From Bulleidia sp. (lineage in GTDB: Bacteria; Bacteroidota; Bacteroidia; Bacteroidales; UBA932), in the NCBI GenBank assembly GCA_963623745.1, contig CAVFMX010000046.1, positions 201 through 64,200 of the forward strand: a DNA stretch of 64,000 bases, given 5' to 3'. Position numbers and translations under genes: made by a program. Shown here one piece after another: positions 50,239 to 58,684 of this stretch. Under the pieces are notes generated by a model that did not search any database, had not been told where the DNA came from, and saw only the letters and a list, made by a program, of their open reading frames with translations. Every line of letters begins with the position of its first letter. Within the stretch, counting starts at the first letter, position 1.

Positions 50239-50825
50239 AGTAATGCAAGTAAAGTGTCCTTGACTGATCTGAATTCCTGTTCAAAGTTCGGGGTGAACAC
50301 CCCCTTCCCGAGATCCGATTCAATCTCGGACATGTCCCGGTAACGTCCTTCCTCGACCTCGTCATTGTCAGGTTTCAGGACGAAGCCTCCCACTGCGGCG
50401 AAGACATTCACAAGTTCCTTCTCACGGACGGACTCCCAGACGTAGGACTTCAGGAATATGGGATTGAACTCTCTGAATCCCAGTTCCTCCGAGGCTTCCC
50501 TGTAAAGAGCTTCCTCCAACGTCTCGCCGTAATCCACGTGACCTCCCACCGCAGTGTCCCACATCCCCGGAAGAAGATCCTTCTTCATCGAGCGTTTCTG
50601 GATGTACAGACATCCCTCCCGGTTGATGATGTGAAGATGAACGACCGGATGCATTAGTTTCGACCCGTCATGCGCCGTCTTCCTTGTGGTCTGGCCGACG
50701 ACCAGTCCGTTCTCCTCCACGACAGGCACCATCTCCCCGCAGACGCGCGGACGGTCGCCCGGATTGTCAGCGGACGGCAGAGGCAGGATCACTGCCGGAG
50801 CGGCCGGGTAGATCAGTTCGAACAT
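50235..50825 (-). CDS. NUDIX hydrolase
   Basis: Nudix box GGHVDYGETLEEALYREASEELG. The start may instead be 50846. Confidence 0.88.
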   Translation of the reverse strand: MFELIYPAAPAVILPLPSADNPGDRPRVCGEMVPVVEENGLVVGQTTRKTAHDGSKLMHPVVHLHIINREGCLYIQKRSMKKDLLPGMWDTAVGGHVDYGETLEEALYREASEELGFREFNPIFLKSYVWESVREKELVNVFAAVGGFVLKPDNDEVEEGRYRDMSEIESDLGKGVFTPNFEQEFRSVKDTLLALL

Positions 50826-50829
50826 GGCG

Positions 50830-52515
50830 TCAGGCGATGGCGACAAGAATCAGCAACTGAGCCACCAGCACTCTCATGAACATGGACAGAGGATAGACAG
50901 TGGCATAGTTTACTGAAGGATAATCTGTTCCGTAGGCTCCCTGAGTGAATGCCAGGACAGCCGGGTCGGTGGTTCCTCCTGAAATCAGGCCGCAGATCTG
51001 GTAGAAGTTAAGCTTGCAGACATACCTTGCGACGAGTCCTATCGTGCAGACAGGGATGAATGTGATGAGAGCTCCATAGAGAATCCACCAGTAACCTCCG
51101 TCAAGGATCGAGCTGACGAAATTCTGTCCGGCTCCCAGACCGACGGCGGCCATGAAGAATGAAATACCCATCTCCCTGACCATCAAGTTCGCGCTCTGGG
51201 TCGTGTAAGTCGTGATCTTCCATTTCGGGCCGAAATAGCCGAGCAGGATGGCGATGATGAGCGGACCGCCCGCAAGTCCCAGCTTGATAGGCTGTGGAAT
51301 GCCCGGGATGGCGATAGGAATCGAGCCGAAAATCACACCCAGAGCTATTCCGAAGAAGATAGGGATAAGGTTCGGGCGGTTGAGGGTGGAAGTCTGGTTG
51401 CCCACGAGACCGGCGACCTCCTCTATTCCCATTTCAGGCCCCACGACCCTCAGCACATCCCCCATCTGGAGAATGAGGTTAGGCCTTGCCACAAGACCTA
51501 CGCCTGCCCTGATGACACGGGTGACGCTGACTCCGTAGTTGGCTCTGATGTTAAGGGTGCGGAGCGTGACTCCCGTCAATGAGGACTTCGTGACTGTGAT
51601 CTTCCTGTTGACCATCTTGGTGTCGATCTGCTCCCAGTCCTGAAGGTGCATCGGAACCTCCTCCCCGAAAGTGATCCTGACGGAGTCCACATTATTCTGG
51701 GATGTGACGATCAGAAGCTTGTCCCCTTTCTGAAGGACGGTGTCCTGTTTTGGAATGGACATGACCCCGTCCCGGAGAATGCGCGAGATCACGATGGAAT
51801 TGTCCAGATCCCTTGTAGCCTCCTTTATCGTGAGTCCGAAAATAGCCGGATTCTCTACCTCGCAGTGCACACGCCGAGCCACGTCATCATTGCCGTCGGC
51901 ATTGTCGAGTTCGGTTTTCTCCTTGTCAAGATCAACTTTGAACATGGCCTTGAAGAGCATGATGAGGCCTATCACGAGCAACACGCCCAACGGATACGCC
52001 ACCGCATAGGCCGAAGCAAGTCCGGAGGTCGCGGAGGCGATGTCGGACGCAAGGCAGTTTCCGCCCCGCATCGAGTCGGCCATCGTCTGCTGCGCGGCAC
52101 CAAGTCCCGGCGTGTTGGTCACGGCTCCGGACATCACGCCGACCATCGTCTTGAGATCCTCCCCCGTGACGAGATGGATCGCCACTGTCACACCTACTGC
52201 AAGCAGCACCAGCACGACGGCAAGCAGATTCAGTTGCAGGCCGCCCTTCTTGAACGAATGGAAGAACCCGGGACCTACCTGAAGGCCGACCGAGAACACG
52301 AACAGGATCAGGCCGAAGTCCTTCATGAAGCTGAGAACCGTGGGATCGACCCTGAGGCCGAAATGGCTCAGAAGGATCGCTACAAAAAGAATCCAGGTGG
52401 ATCCGATGGAAACACCTTTGATCTTGAATTTTCCAAGATACAGACCGGTCGCTACCACTACCGCGAAAACCAGAATCGAATGGGCGATTCCCGTCCCAAG
52501 AAACAAATCTCGCAT
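50830..52515 (-). CDS. AspT/YidE/YbjL family antiporter with TrkA-C domains
   Basis: GLILFVFSVGLQVGPGF, GAVTNTPGLGAA, YAVAYPLG, GLAGGPL and YATVYP. Confidence 0.9.
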   Translation of the reverse strand: MRDLFLGTGIAHSILVFAVVVATGLYLGKFKIKGVSIGSTWILFVAILLSHFGLRVDPTVLSFMKDFGLILFVFSVGLQVGPGFFHSFKKGGLQLNLLAVVLVLLAVGVTVAIHLVTGEDLKTMVGVMSGAVTNTPGLGAAQQTMADSMRGGNCLASDIASATSGLASAYAVAYPLGVLLVIGLIMLFKAMFKVDLDKEKTELDNADGNDDVARRVHCEVENPAIFGLTIKEATRDLDNSIVISRILRDGVMSIPKQDTVLQKGDKLLIVTSQNNVDSVRITFGEEVPMHLQDWEQIDTKMVNRKITVTKSSLTGVTLRTLNIRANYGVSVTRVIRAGVGLVARPNLILQMGDVLRVVGPEMGIEEVAGLVGNQTSTLNRPNLIPIFFGIALGVIFGSIPIAIPGIPQPIKLGLAGGPLIIAILLGYFGPKWKITTYTTQSANLMVREMGISFFMAAVGLGAGQNFVSSILDGGYWWILYGALITFIPVCTIGLVARYVCKLNFYQICGLISGGTTDPAVLAFTQGAYGTDYPSVNYATVYPLSMFMRVLVAQLLILVAIA

Positions 52516-52525
52516 ATCTGACTAA

Positions 52526-53311
52526 CTAAAAATCTATCCGCGCACAGAAGCACGGTTTGTCTTCAACTATACCTTCTATGAAATATGTCCTGTGTACGTC
52601 ACTCTCTTCGACGCTTCTGAATATTCTCACGGCCTCCCCCGGCCTGGTCTCCCTGATGAAGTTGATGCTGACGCTCTTTACAGGACTGGCGGCGACCTCA
52701 GCATAGTCAATGCTGTCCATAGCCCAGACCACATAGCGGGCGTTGTTGGTGTGACCCAGCACATCGATGTCCGAATATGCCGCCTTGTGGCATCCGATCT
52801 CCTCCGCGGGGATATTCTTAGGCATCACGACCTTTCCGCACGGTGCCGGAATCGCACTGTCGGTGCATTGGGTTGTCGCCGGAACCATGGTCAGAACCTC
52901 ATCGCTGCGCACAAGCTTTCTGGTCTGCACATTCATCACTATCCACGATGACGTGCACAGCACCAAGGCCTTTGATTTGTCCGCGAAGTCGATGTCACCC
53001 TGCCTTCGCAGCTCGAAGTCTCGCAGGAAGAACAGACCGTCCAGACCTTTGTGCCAAGTGTAGAGGGTTGTCTCGTCCGTCCATTCAGGAGGATTCAGAA
53101 AATCAATACGCATTCTGGACAGCACCCAGGCCGTGTGGTGCCTCTGAAGGTCGTCATAGCCGAAATGAAGAGCCCGGGCGGCCAGATACGCCATCTCCTG
53201 TGCATGGTCCATGAACGCCGCCGGCTTCAGACGGAACGAAGCGTCCGTGTCGTAGCACGGAATCGTCATGTCGGTGCTGAACCTGTTGTCCGAGACTTTT
53301 AGCTGTTCCAT
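52526..53311 (-). CDS. Acyl-ACP thioesterase (FatA/FatB-like)
   Basis: AWVLSR, FFLRDF, SDIDVLGHTNNARYVVW. Confidence 0.88.
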   Translation of the reverse strand: MEQLKVSDNRFSTDMTIPCYDTDASFRLKPAAFMDHAQEMAYLAARALHFGYDDLQRHHTAWVLSRMRIDFLNPPEWTDETTLYTWHKGLDGLFFLRDFELRRQGDIDFADKSKALVLCTSSWIVMNVQTRKLVRSDEVLTMVPATTQCTDSAIPAPCGKVVMPKNIPAEEIGCHKAAYSDIDVLGHTNNARYVVWAMDSIDYAEVAASPVKSVSINFIRETRPGEAVRIFRSVEESDVHRTYFIEGIVEDKPCFCARIDF

Positions 53312-53315
53312 AGCG

Positions 53316-54122
53316 TCAATAATTGATAATCCTCAGTTCCTCGGGTGTGTAGAGAACCGAATCGATGAAGTCCGGAGCGACGCGGGCGAGAAGCAGGAAC
53401 ATCCCGAGAGCCACCAGCGCCAGACCTATGACGCCCGCCACCACGATAAGAGCCGGTCTCCAGCCACGCTTCTTCGCCTTGCGCCTCACCTCTCCTTTAT
53501 CTGCCCCGGCATCTGTTTTGTCAGCCTCCGCATCCTTTTCACCGGTACAGGTTTTGTCCGCCGCAGCGCCTAAGACTTTGGAAACGAAGCCTTCCCCGTC
53601 AGTCACCTCGACAGGCCCGGCGACCGAGGCCGCCTTGACAGGCATCGCATCCGCCACCAGTTCCGCAACACTCCGCGCCACCTCGCCAGGGGTCTCCCCG
53701 TGAGTTTTCAGCGACACTGGTTCAAGTCCCACTCCGTAAGGGTAGATGTCCAGATCCTCGTCGGCAATAAAGAAAAAAGTGTTCTCCTTGGTGGCGCGCA
53801 GACGCCCCAGCCCCGGAAAAACCACCATTTTTCTGGTCTGAAGAGTGTTCCTCAGACCCGAGACGAACTCTGACAGAATCCTTCCGGAAGTCTCGGGATC
53901 AGTTCCGTTCGCCTCGGAATAGAACTCAACCAACCTCCGGTCATCCTCCGCCCACCGCTGCCTGAAAGACAGTCTGCGGTAGGGAGGATTGATCGTGTAG
54001 CCCTTGTCAGAGAAAGTCGAGGGCATCACCTCGGAGACGAAAGTCCCCAAGCCAGGCAACACAACCTCGTCATTGTCAAGGATCAGATCCCTGACCATCT
54101 CTGAAAACAAGTCTATGTTCAT
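53316..54122 (-). CDS. HU-CCDC81-like domain protein with C-terminal membrane anchor
   Basis: Two HU-like LPGLGTF / FPGLGRL motifs, PPYRRLSF, YGVGLEPV, acidic linker, TM near the C-terminus. Confidence 0.68.
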   Translation of the reverse strand: MNIDLFSEMVRDLILDNDEVVLPGLGTFVSEVMPSTFSDKGYTINPPYRRLSFRQRWAEDDRRLVEFYSEANGTDPETSGRILSEFVSGLRNTLQTRKMVVFPGLGRLRATKENTFFFIADEDLDIYPYGVGLEPVSLKTHGETPGEVARSVAELVADAMPVKAASVAGPVEVTDGEGFVSKVLGAAADKTCTGEKDAEADKTDAGADKGEVRRKAKKRGWRPALIVVAGVIGLALVALGMFLLLARVAPDFIDSVLYTPEELRIINY

Positions 54123-54144
54123 TCCCCTCCTCTGAAAATCCCTA

Positions 54145-54205
54145 CAAAGGTACACAAAAAAACCGCAAAAAAAATTTGCGTTAACCAGTTTTTATTGTAC
54201 CTTTG
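54145..54205. promoter_or_regulatory. Divergent Bacteroidetes sigmaA promoters (HU-like gene / tRNA-Asn)
   Basis: TACCTTTG on minus (54145-54152) and on plus (54198-54205), with a -33 TTTG at 54175-54178. Confidence 0.65.
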
Positions 54206-54245
54206 CATTCCCGAAAGGAACAACCTCCTTTTGAGGTTTGAAAAT

Positions 54246-54319
54246 TCCTCAATAGCTCAGTTGGTTAGAGCACCTGACTGTTAATCAGGGGGTCGCAGGT
54301 TCAAGTCCTGCTTGAGGAG
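54246..54319 (+). tRNA. tRNA-Asn (GTT)
   Basis: TCCTCAA/TTGAGGA acceptor stem, AGCTCAGTTGGTTAGAGC D-arm, CT-GTT-AA loop, GGTTCAAGTCC. Confidence 0.96.
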
Positions 54320-54366
54320 CTAAAAGAAGCGGTCTGAAAAAATTTCAGACCGCTTCTTTTAGCTCC
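54316..54366. terminator. 24-bp perfect inverted repeat, probable bidirectional terminator
   Basis: GGAGCTAAAAGAAGCGGTCTGAAA-aaa-TTTCAGACCGCTTCTTTTAGCTCC. Confidence 0.8.
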
Positions 54367-54531
54367 ATTCACCCCCAGTCACTTCGTGACAGCCCCGACG
54401 GGGCGTTGGGGAGTGTTCTCCCCAAACCCCTTGCGTCGCTTCGCTCCGATCGTGCTTTCAAGGCTTCGGCAGCGATTCTTGCAGACCGCTTCTGTCAGCT
54501 CCATTCACACCAGGCACTTCGTGGCAACCTC
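54346..54531. repeat. Degenerate ~50-bp direct repeat with 136-bp period around GC hairpins
   Basis: CAGACCGCTTCTtttAGCTCCATTCAC..CACTTCGTG at 54346 and CAGACCGCTTCTgtcAGCTCCATTCAC..CACTTCGTG at 54482. Confidence 0.7.
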
Positions 54532-54538
54532 AGAGGGA

Positions 54539-55240
54539 TTACAGCATGTTCATCAGGGTGGAGCGGTAGCTGTCACCGATGGGGATGGTCTTGCCGCCTG
54601 CCATCAGGATCACGCCGGAGCGGACTTCGGTGACTTTGGCGAGGTTGATGACGTAGGAGCGGTGGACACGGACGAAACGGGAGGCAGGAAGTTTCTCAAG
54701 GAGCTTGGAGAAACTCATCAGGACAACTTTCGGCATCGGCTCGCCGGAGAGGTAGATTTTCAGGTACTCGCTCATGCCTTCGATGTAAACCATGTCGGAG
54801 ATCTCGACCTTGATGATCTTGTAGTCTGCCTTGAAGAACACAAAGTCATCCGGCACCGACTGACCGGTCCCTGCGGCCTGAATCATCTCGAAACGGGAAC
54901 GCAGCTTCTCGGCGGAGGCGATGAACTCACCCAGCGTGTACGGTTTCAGCAGATAGTCCACGGCATCCACCTTGAATCCCTCTATTGCATATTCGGAATA
55001 GGCTGTCGTGAAGACCACCAGCGGCGGACGCTTCAAGGTCTTGACAAAGTCCATCCCGGAAAGATCCGGCATGTTGATGTCCAGAAACATAGCATCCACC
55101 TCATTTTCTTCCAGAACCTTACGAGCCTCGATGGCACTCGGGCAGGCAGCCGTCAGCGACAGGAACGGAACCTTGGAGATGTATTTCACGATCTGCCCGA
55201 GAGCCAGCGGCTCGTCATCCACCGCGATAACCCTTAACAT
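54539..55240 (-). CDS. LytTR family response regulator
   Basis: VDDEPLA, FLDINMP, FTTAYSEYA, DYLLKP and FVRVHRSYVIN. Confidence 0.95.
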   Translation of the reverse strand: MLRVIAVDDEPLALGQIVKYISKVPFLSLTAACPSAIEARKVLEENEVDAMFLDINMPDLSGMDFVKTLKRPPLVVFTTAYSEYAIEGFKVDAVDYLLKPYTLGEFIASAEKLRSRFEMIQAAGTGQSVPDDFVFFKADYKIIKVEISDMVYIEGMSEYLKIYLSGEPMPKVVLMSFSKLLEKLPASRFVRVHRSYVINLAKVTEVRSGVILMAGGKTIPIGDSYRSTLMNML

Positions 55241-56433
55241 AGTGAAACAGGTTTTGAAGGTAAGACCATAAGCACCTCATACTCGGCGGCGGTCTTGTCG
55301 ATGTGCAGGACAAAATCCTCTCCGTAGAGCAGCGAGAGCCTTTTCTGAAGATTGTCAAGTCCGATTCCGCCGGCTGTCCGCCCGTCCTCTTCGGAACTCA
55401 GGCTGTTGGCGCAGCGGAAGATGACTCTGCCGGATTCCAGTGCTACCGACAGACGGATGTGGCTGTCAGACCTATAACTTATTCCGTGTTTGAAGGCATT
55501 CTCCGCGACGGTGGCCATCAGAAGCGGAGGAACCTGAGCCCCGCCGTCATCCTCGGGGAATGAATATTCAATCCTCACGCTGTCGGTGTAACGCAGGCGC
55601 ATCAGGTACAGGTAGTGCCTCAGGAAATCAATTTCCTTTGAAAGAGGGACGGTCTGGCCGTTGCTGTCGTACAGGACATAACGCATCAGGCGGGACAGTT
55701 CCACGATGCTGTCCTTGGCCTTTTCCGGAGAATCATCCACCAGCGCATGAATGTTATTGAGCGTGTTCATGAAAAAATGCGGGTTGATCTGGCAACGGAG
55801 ATATTCAAGCTTGTACCGCAGATTCTCCTTCTCCAGCTCTTCCAGACGCTTTTTCTCAAGGGAGTAGTTCGCGTAGTATTTCGCTCCAAGATTGACTCCC
55901 AGCATCATGAGGGCGATGATGATTCTGCTGGCTTCGGCACCGACAGGCTTTTTGCCCCGCCCGTCGCGTGGAGGCTCCGCCCGCCTATATTCATTGCCCC
56001 CGCCAGATTCCTTCATTTCCGGCGGAGTGTCCGGCCGCTCCTCTCCGGACGGCATTCCACGGTCGTCCATGAAGTCTCGCGGCGGAGGCGGATTCTGACC
56101 CGGCCGCTCCATGGGTTCCGGTCTTCCGTCCGACAAACTTTCCGATTCAAACACATAGAATGAGAACGCACCCATCAGCGCCGCCACACACAGGATGTAC
56201 GGAACCACCCGCTTGGCACGGACAAGCATGGGGGCGACAAGCAGATCGTGGATGCAGAACAGCACCAGAAAAGGAAGCGTAGGCAGCAGGAACGTCGTCA
56301 GATAATGCGACAGGAAGCCTATCGCTGAATTCCCGGCGGACTCCCACCAGGCCGGCAGAGCCTCGACCAGGAATATCCCCGTCCAGACGGCGGCCTTCAC
56401 CGCCAACGATTTATAGTCCTTGAACATTCTCAT
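55234..56433 (-). CDS. LytS/YehU-type sensor histidine kinase
   Basis: QINPHFFMNTLNNI, ENAFKHG and GIGLDN. Four TMs with a Pro-rich loop. Confidence 0.93.
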   Translation of the reverse strand: MRMFKDYKSLAVKAAVWTGIFLVEALPAWWESAGNSAIGFLSHYLTTFLLPTLPFLVLFCIHDLLVAPMLVRAKRVVPYILCVAALMGAFSFYVFESESLSDGRPEPMERPGQNPPPPRDFMDDRGMPSGEERPDTPPEMKESGGGNEYRRAEPPRDGRGKKPVGAEASRIIIALMMLGVNLGAKYYANYSLEKKRLEELEKENLRYKLEYLRCQINPHFFMNTLNNIHALVDDSPEKAKDSIVELSRLMRYVLYDSNGQTVPLSKEIDFLRHYLYLMRLRYTDSVRIEYSFPEDDGGAQVPPLLMATVAENAFKHGISYRSDSHIRLSVALESGRVIFRCANSLSSEEDGRTAGGIGLDNLQKRLSLLYGEDFVLHIDKTAAEYEVLMVLPSKPVSLC

Positions 56434-56475
56434 TCCGATGCAAAATTACAACATAGTTCCGAATTGGCGGCGCCG

Positions 56476-56506
56476 GTTCGCTGAAGAAATCAGCCCGTTC
56501 GCTGAA
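56476..56506 (+). promoter_or_regulatory. LytTR-type operator: 10-bp direct repeat with 11-bp spacer
   Basis: GTTCGCTGAA at 56476-56485 and 56497-56506, about 30 bp upstream of an imperfect -7 element (TTACCTTG, 56535-56542). Confidence 0.72.
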
Positions 56507-56571
56507 AAAAGTGCACACAGGCACAATTGATGCCTTACCTTGCGGTCAGAAACCAATAAAAACGTGAGGAC

Positions 56572-58254
56572 ATGAAACGGTCTTATCTTGCATTTCTTCT
56601 GGTCTTGGGTTCCTGCGGCGGGAATCTGATAGACACCATCGACGATCCGTCAAGCGATGACTCTTCCTCAGACAACGAAGTCATCACGACCGATGGAACC
56701 ATCAGCATCGTGTACTCCGAGGACGGCGTGGCCGTCAGCGGAGACCCGTCCGGCTTCGTGTCCGTCAGCGGATGCGACGTGACGGTCAACAACACTTCAG
56801 AGGCTCTCATCACCTATGAGCTCAGCGGAACCGCCTCGGACGGCTTTTTCAAGCTGTACAGTTCCGTAAAGCAGGTGATTGAACTCAACGGCCTGAATCT
56901 CAAGAATCCGGACGGGGCGGCCATCAACAACCAGAGCCACAAAAGCACTTCAATCATCGTGTCCGGCGAGAACTACCTCACCGACGGCGCGGTCAACTCT
57001 TCCGGAGACTATCCGGACCAGACCTCCGACGAGGACATGAAGGCGGCTTTCTTCAGCGAGGGACAGCTGATCTTCAGCGGAGACGGAAGCCTCACCGTCA
57101 CGGCGAACGGCAAGGCCGGAATCACGAGCGACAACTATGTGGTCATCCAGGACGGAGTCTCGATCAATGTCACCTCCAAGGGCGGACACGGAATCAGAGG
57201 CAGCGAGAAAGTGACGGTCAGCGGAGGTACGGTCAACGTGAACACCTCGGCGACAGGGAAGAAAGGAATCTCCACGGACGGAGGATTCTCCCTCAGCGAC
57301 GGAGAAGTCACCATCATCTCGACAAGCTCGGCGGGAACCGTGGACGGAGAGTTGACCGGAGCGGCCGGGATCAAGGCCGACGAGTCCGTCGTCGTCGATG
57401 GCGGAAGCCTGAACGTGACCGTCAGCGGGAAGGGCAGCAAAGGAATAGCCTGCGACGGGGACGGCCATTTCAACGGCGGGACCGTCAAGGTCGTCGCCAG
57501 CGGCGCGAACTACGGGAGCTCTTCCTCACAGAATCCTTGGGGCGGTTCAAGCTCCTCTGAATCGAAATCCTCCAAGGGAATCAGATTCGAGGGCGACCTC
57601 TATTTCAATGGAGCCGACGTTGACGTGACCAGCGCGTCCCACGAAGGGATCGAGGCGAAAGGGACGATCACTATCACAGCCGGGAAGGTCAGCGGCACGG
57701 CAAGCGACGATGCCATCAACTCCGGCGGCGACATGACGATCAGCGGAGGAAAGGTCTATGCGTTCTCCAGCGGCAACGACGGCCTGGACGCCAACGGAGA
57801 CCTGTACGTCAAGGACGGCTACATCTTCGCCGTCGGCTGCGGCTCCCCTGAGGTCGCACTGGACGCGAACACCGAGGAAAGGCACCAGCTCTACATCAGC
57901 GGAGGCACATTGCTTGCGTTCGGCGGAGTCGAGTCCGGAGCCAGCATCTCGCAGCCTGTACTCAACGTGACAAGCTGGACGGCGAACGCATCATATTCCC
58001 TCTACAGCGGCGACACCCTTCTGGTTGAGTTCACAGCCCCGTCAAAGGGCGGCAGCGGAATCGTGATCTCGCACCCGAGCCTTGTCAGCGGCAGTTCCTA
58101 CACACTGAGGACATCTTCCGGAAGCACGACCCTGACAGCCTCGATGAGCGCACAAAGCGGTGACGGCGGCACCGGCGGCGGTGGCAGCAATCCCGGCGAT
58201 GGCGGCGGGAACCCTGGAGGCAACCCTGGAGGCGGCGGCCCGGGCGGCAGATAG
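56572..58254 (+). CDS. Cthe_2159/DUF4353 family beta-helix lipoprotein
   Basis: Lipobox LGSC, YELSGT, LNGLNL.NPDGAAINNQS, repeated (K/D)GI..G...I.GG.V coils, DDAINS, DGLDANG, Gly/Pro/Asn tail. Confidence 0.82.
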   Translation: MKRSYLAFLLVLGSCGGNLIDTIDDPSSDDSSSDNEVITTDGTISIVYSEDGVAVSGDPSGFVSVSGCDVTVNNTSEALITYELSGTASDGFFKLYSSVKQVIELNGLNLKNPDGAAINNQSHKSTSIIVSGENYLTDGAVNSSGDYPDQTSDEDMKAAFFSEGQLIFSGDGSLTVTANGKAGITSDNYVVIQDGVSINVTSKGGHGIRGSEKVTVSGGTVNVNTSATGKKGISTDGGFSLSDGEVTIISTSSAGTVDGELTGAAGIKADESVVVDGGSLNVTVSGKGSKGIACDGDGHFNGGTVKVVASGANYGSSSSQNPWGGSSSSESKSSKGIRFEGDLYFNGADVDVTSASHEGIEAKGTITITAGKVSGTASDDAINSGGDMTISGGKVYAFSSGNDGLDANGDLYVKDGYIFAVGCGSPEVALDANTEERHQLYISGGTLLAFGGVESGASISQPVLNVTSWTANASYSLYSGDTLLVEFTAPSKGGSGIVISHPSLVSGSSYTLRTSSGSTTLTASMSAQSGDGGTGGGGSNPGDGGGNPGGNPGGGGPGGR

Positions 58255-58276
58255 CAAACAATAATATTCATTGAAT

Positions 58277-58684
58277 ATGAAAACGAAGATATTCATGATT
58301 TTCCTCCTGTCGCTTTGCTCCCTGTCGCTGCCTGCGCAGGACAAGGCAAGCAAACGCGACATGATTGTCAAGGAGTGGAACATCGATGCCGGCACTAACC
58401 AGAAAGTGCTTGACCATCAGACAATCTACAATGAGAAAGGCAAAAAGGTCGAGGAGGCGGAATACGACCGCAAAGGCCAGAAATGGCGCAAGAAGTATGA
58501 ATATTCCCCCGACGGCAGCCTGCTGCGGGTGCTGATCTACGACTCCTCGAACAGGCTCGACAACATCCGCAAGTTCGAATTCAACGAACTCGGCCACAAG
58601 AAGACTGAATATGTCTATGACTCAAAGGGAAAACTCAAACGCTGCAAGGTGTATGAATATTCCTTCGCGGCCTCCGGTGACTGA
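58277..58684 (+). CDS. Small secreted protein with repeated Y-x-Y-D/N beta-hairpins
   Basis: Signal peptide ending LPAQD, repeats IYNEKG / EYDRKG / EYSPDG / IYDSSN / EFNELG / VYDSKG. Confidence 0.65.
   Translation: MKTKIFMIFLLSLCSLSLPAQDKASKRDMIVKEWNIDAGTNQKVLDHQTIYNEKGKKVEEAEYDRKGQKWRKKYEYSPDGSLLRVLIYDSSNRLDNIRKFEFNELGHKKTEYVYDSKGKLKRCKVYEYSFAASGD

Noticed and set aside
58160..58250. GGCGGC/AACCCTGGA repeats
   Set aside because: They encode the Gly-Gly-Asn-Pro tail of the lipoprotein and are not a DNA-level repeat element.
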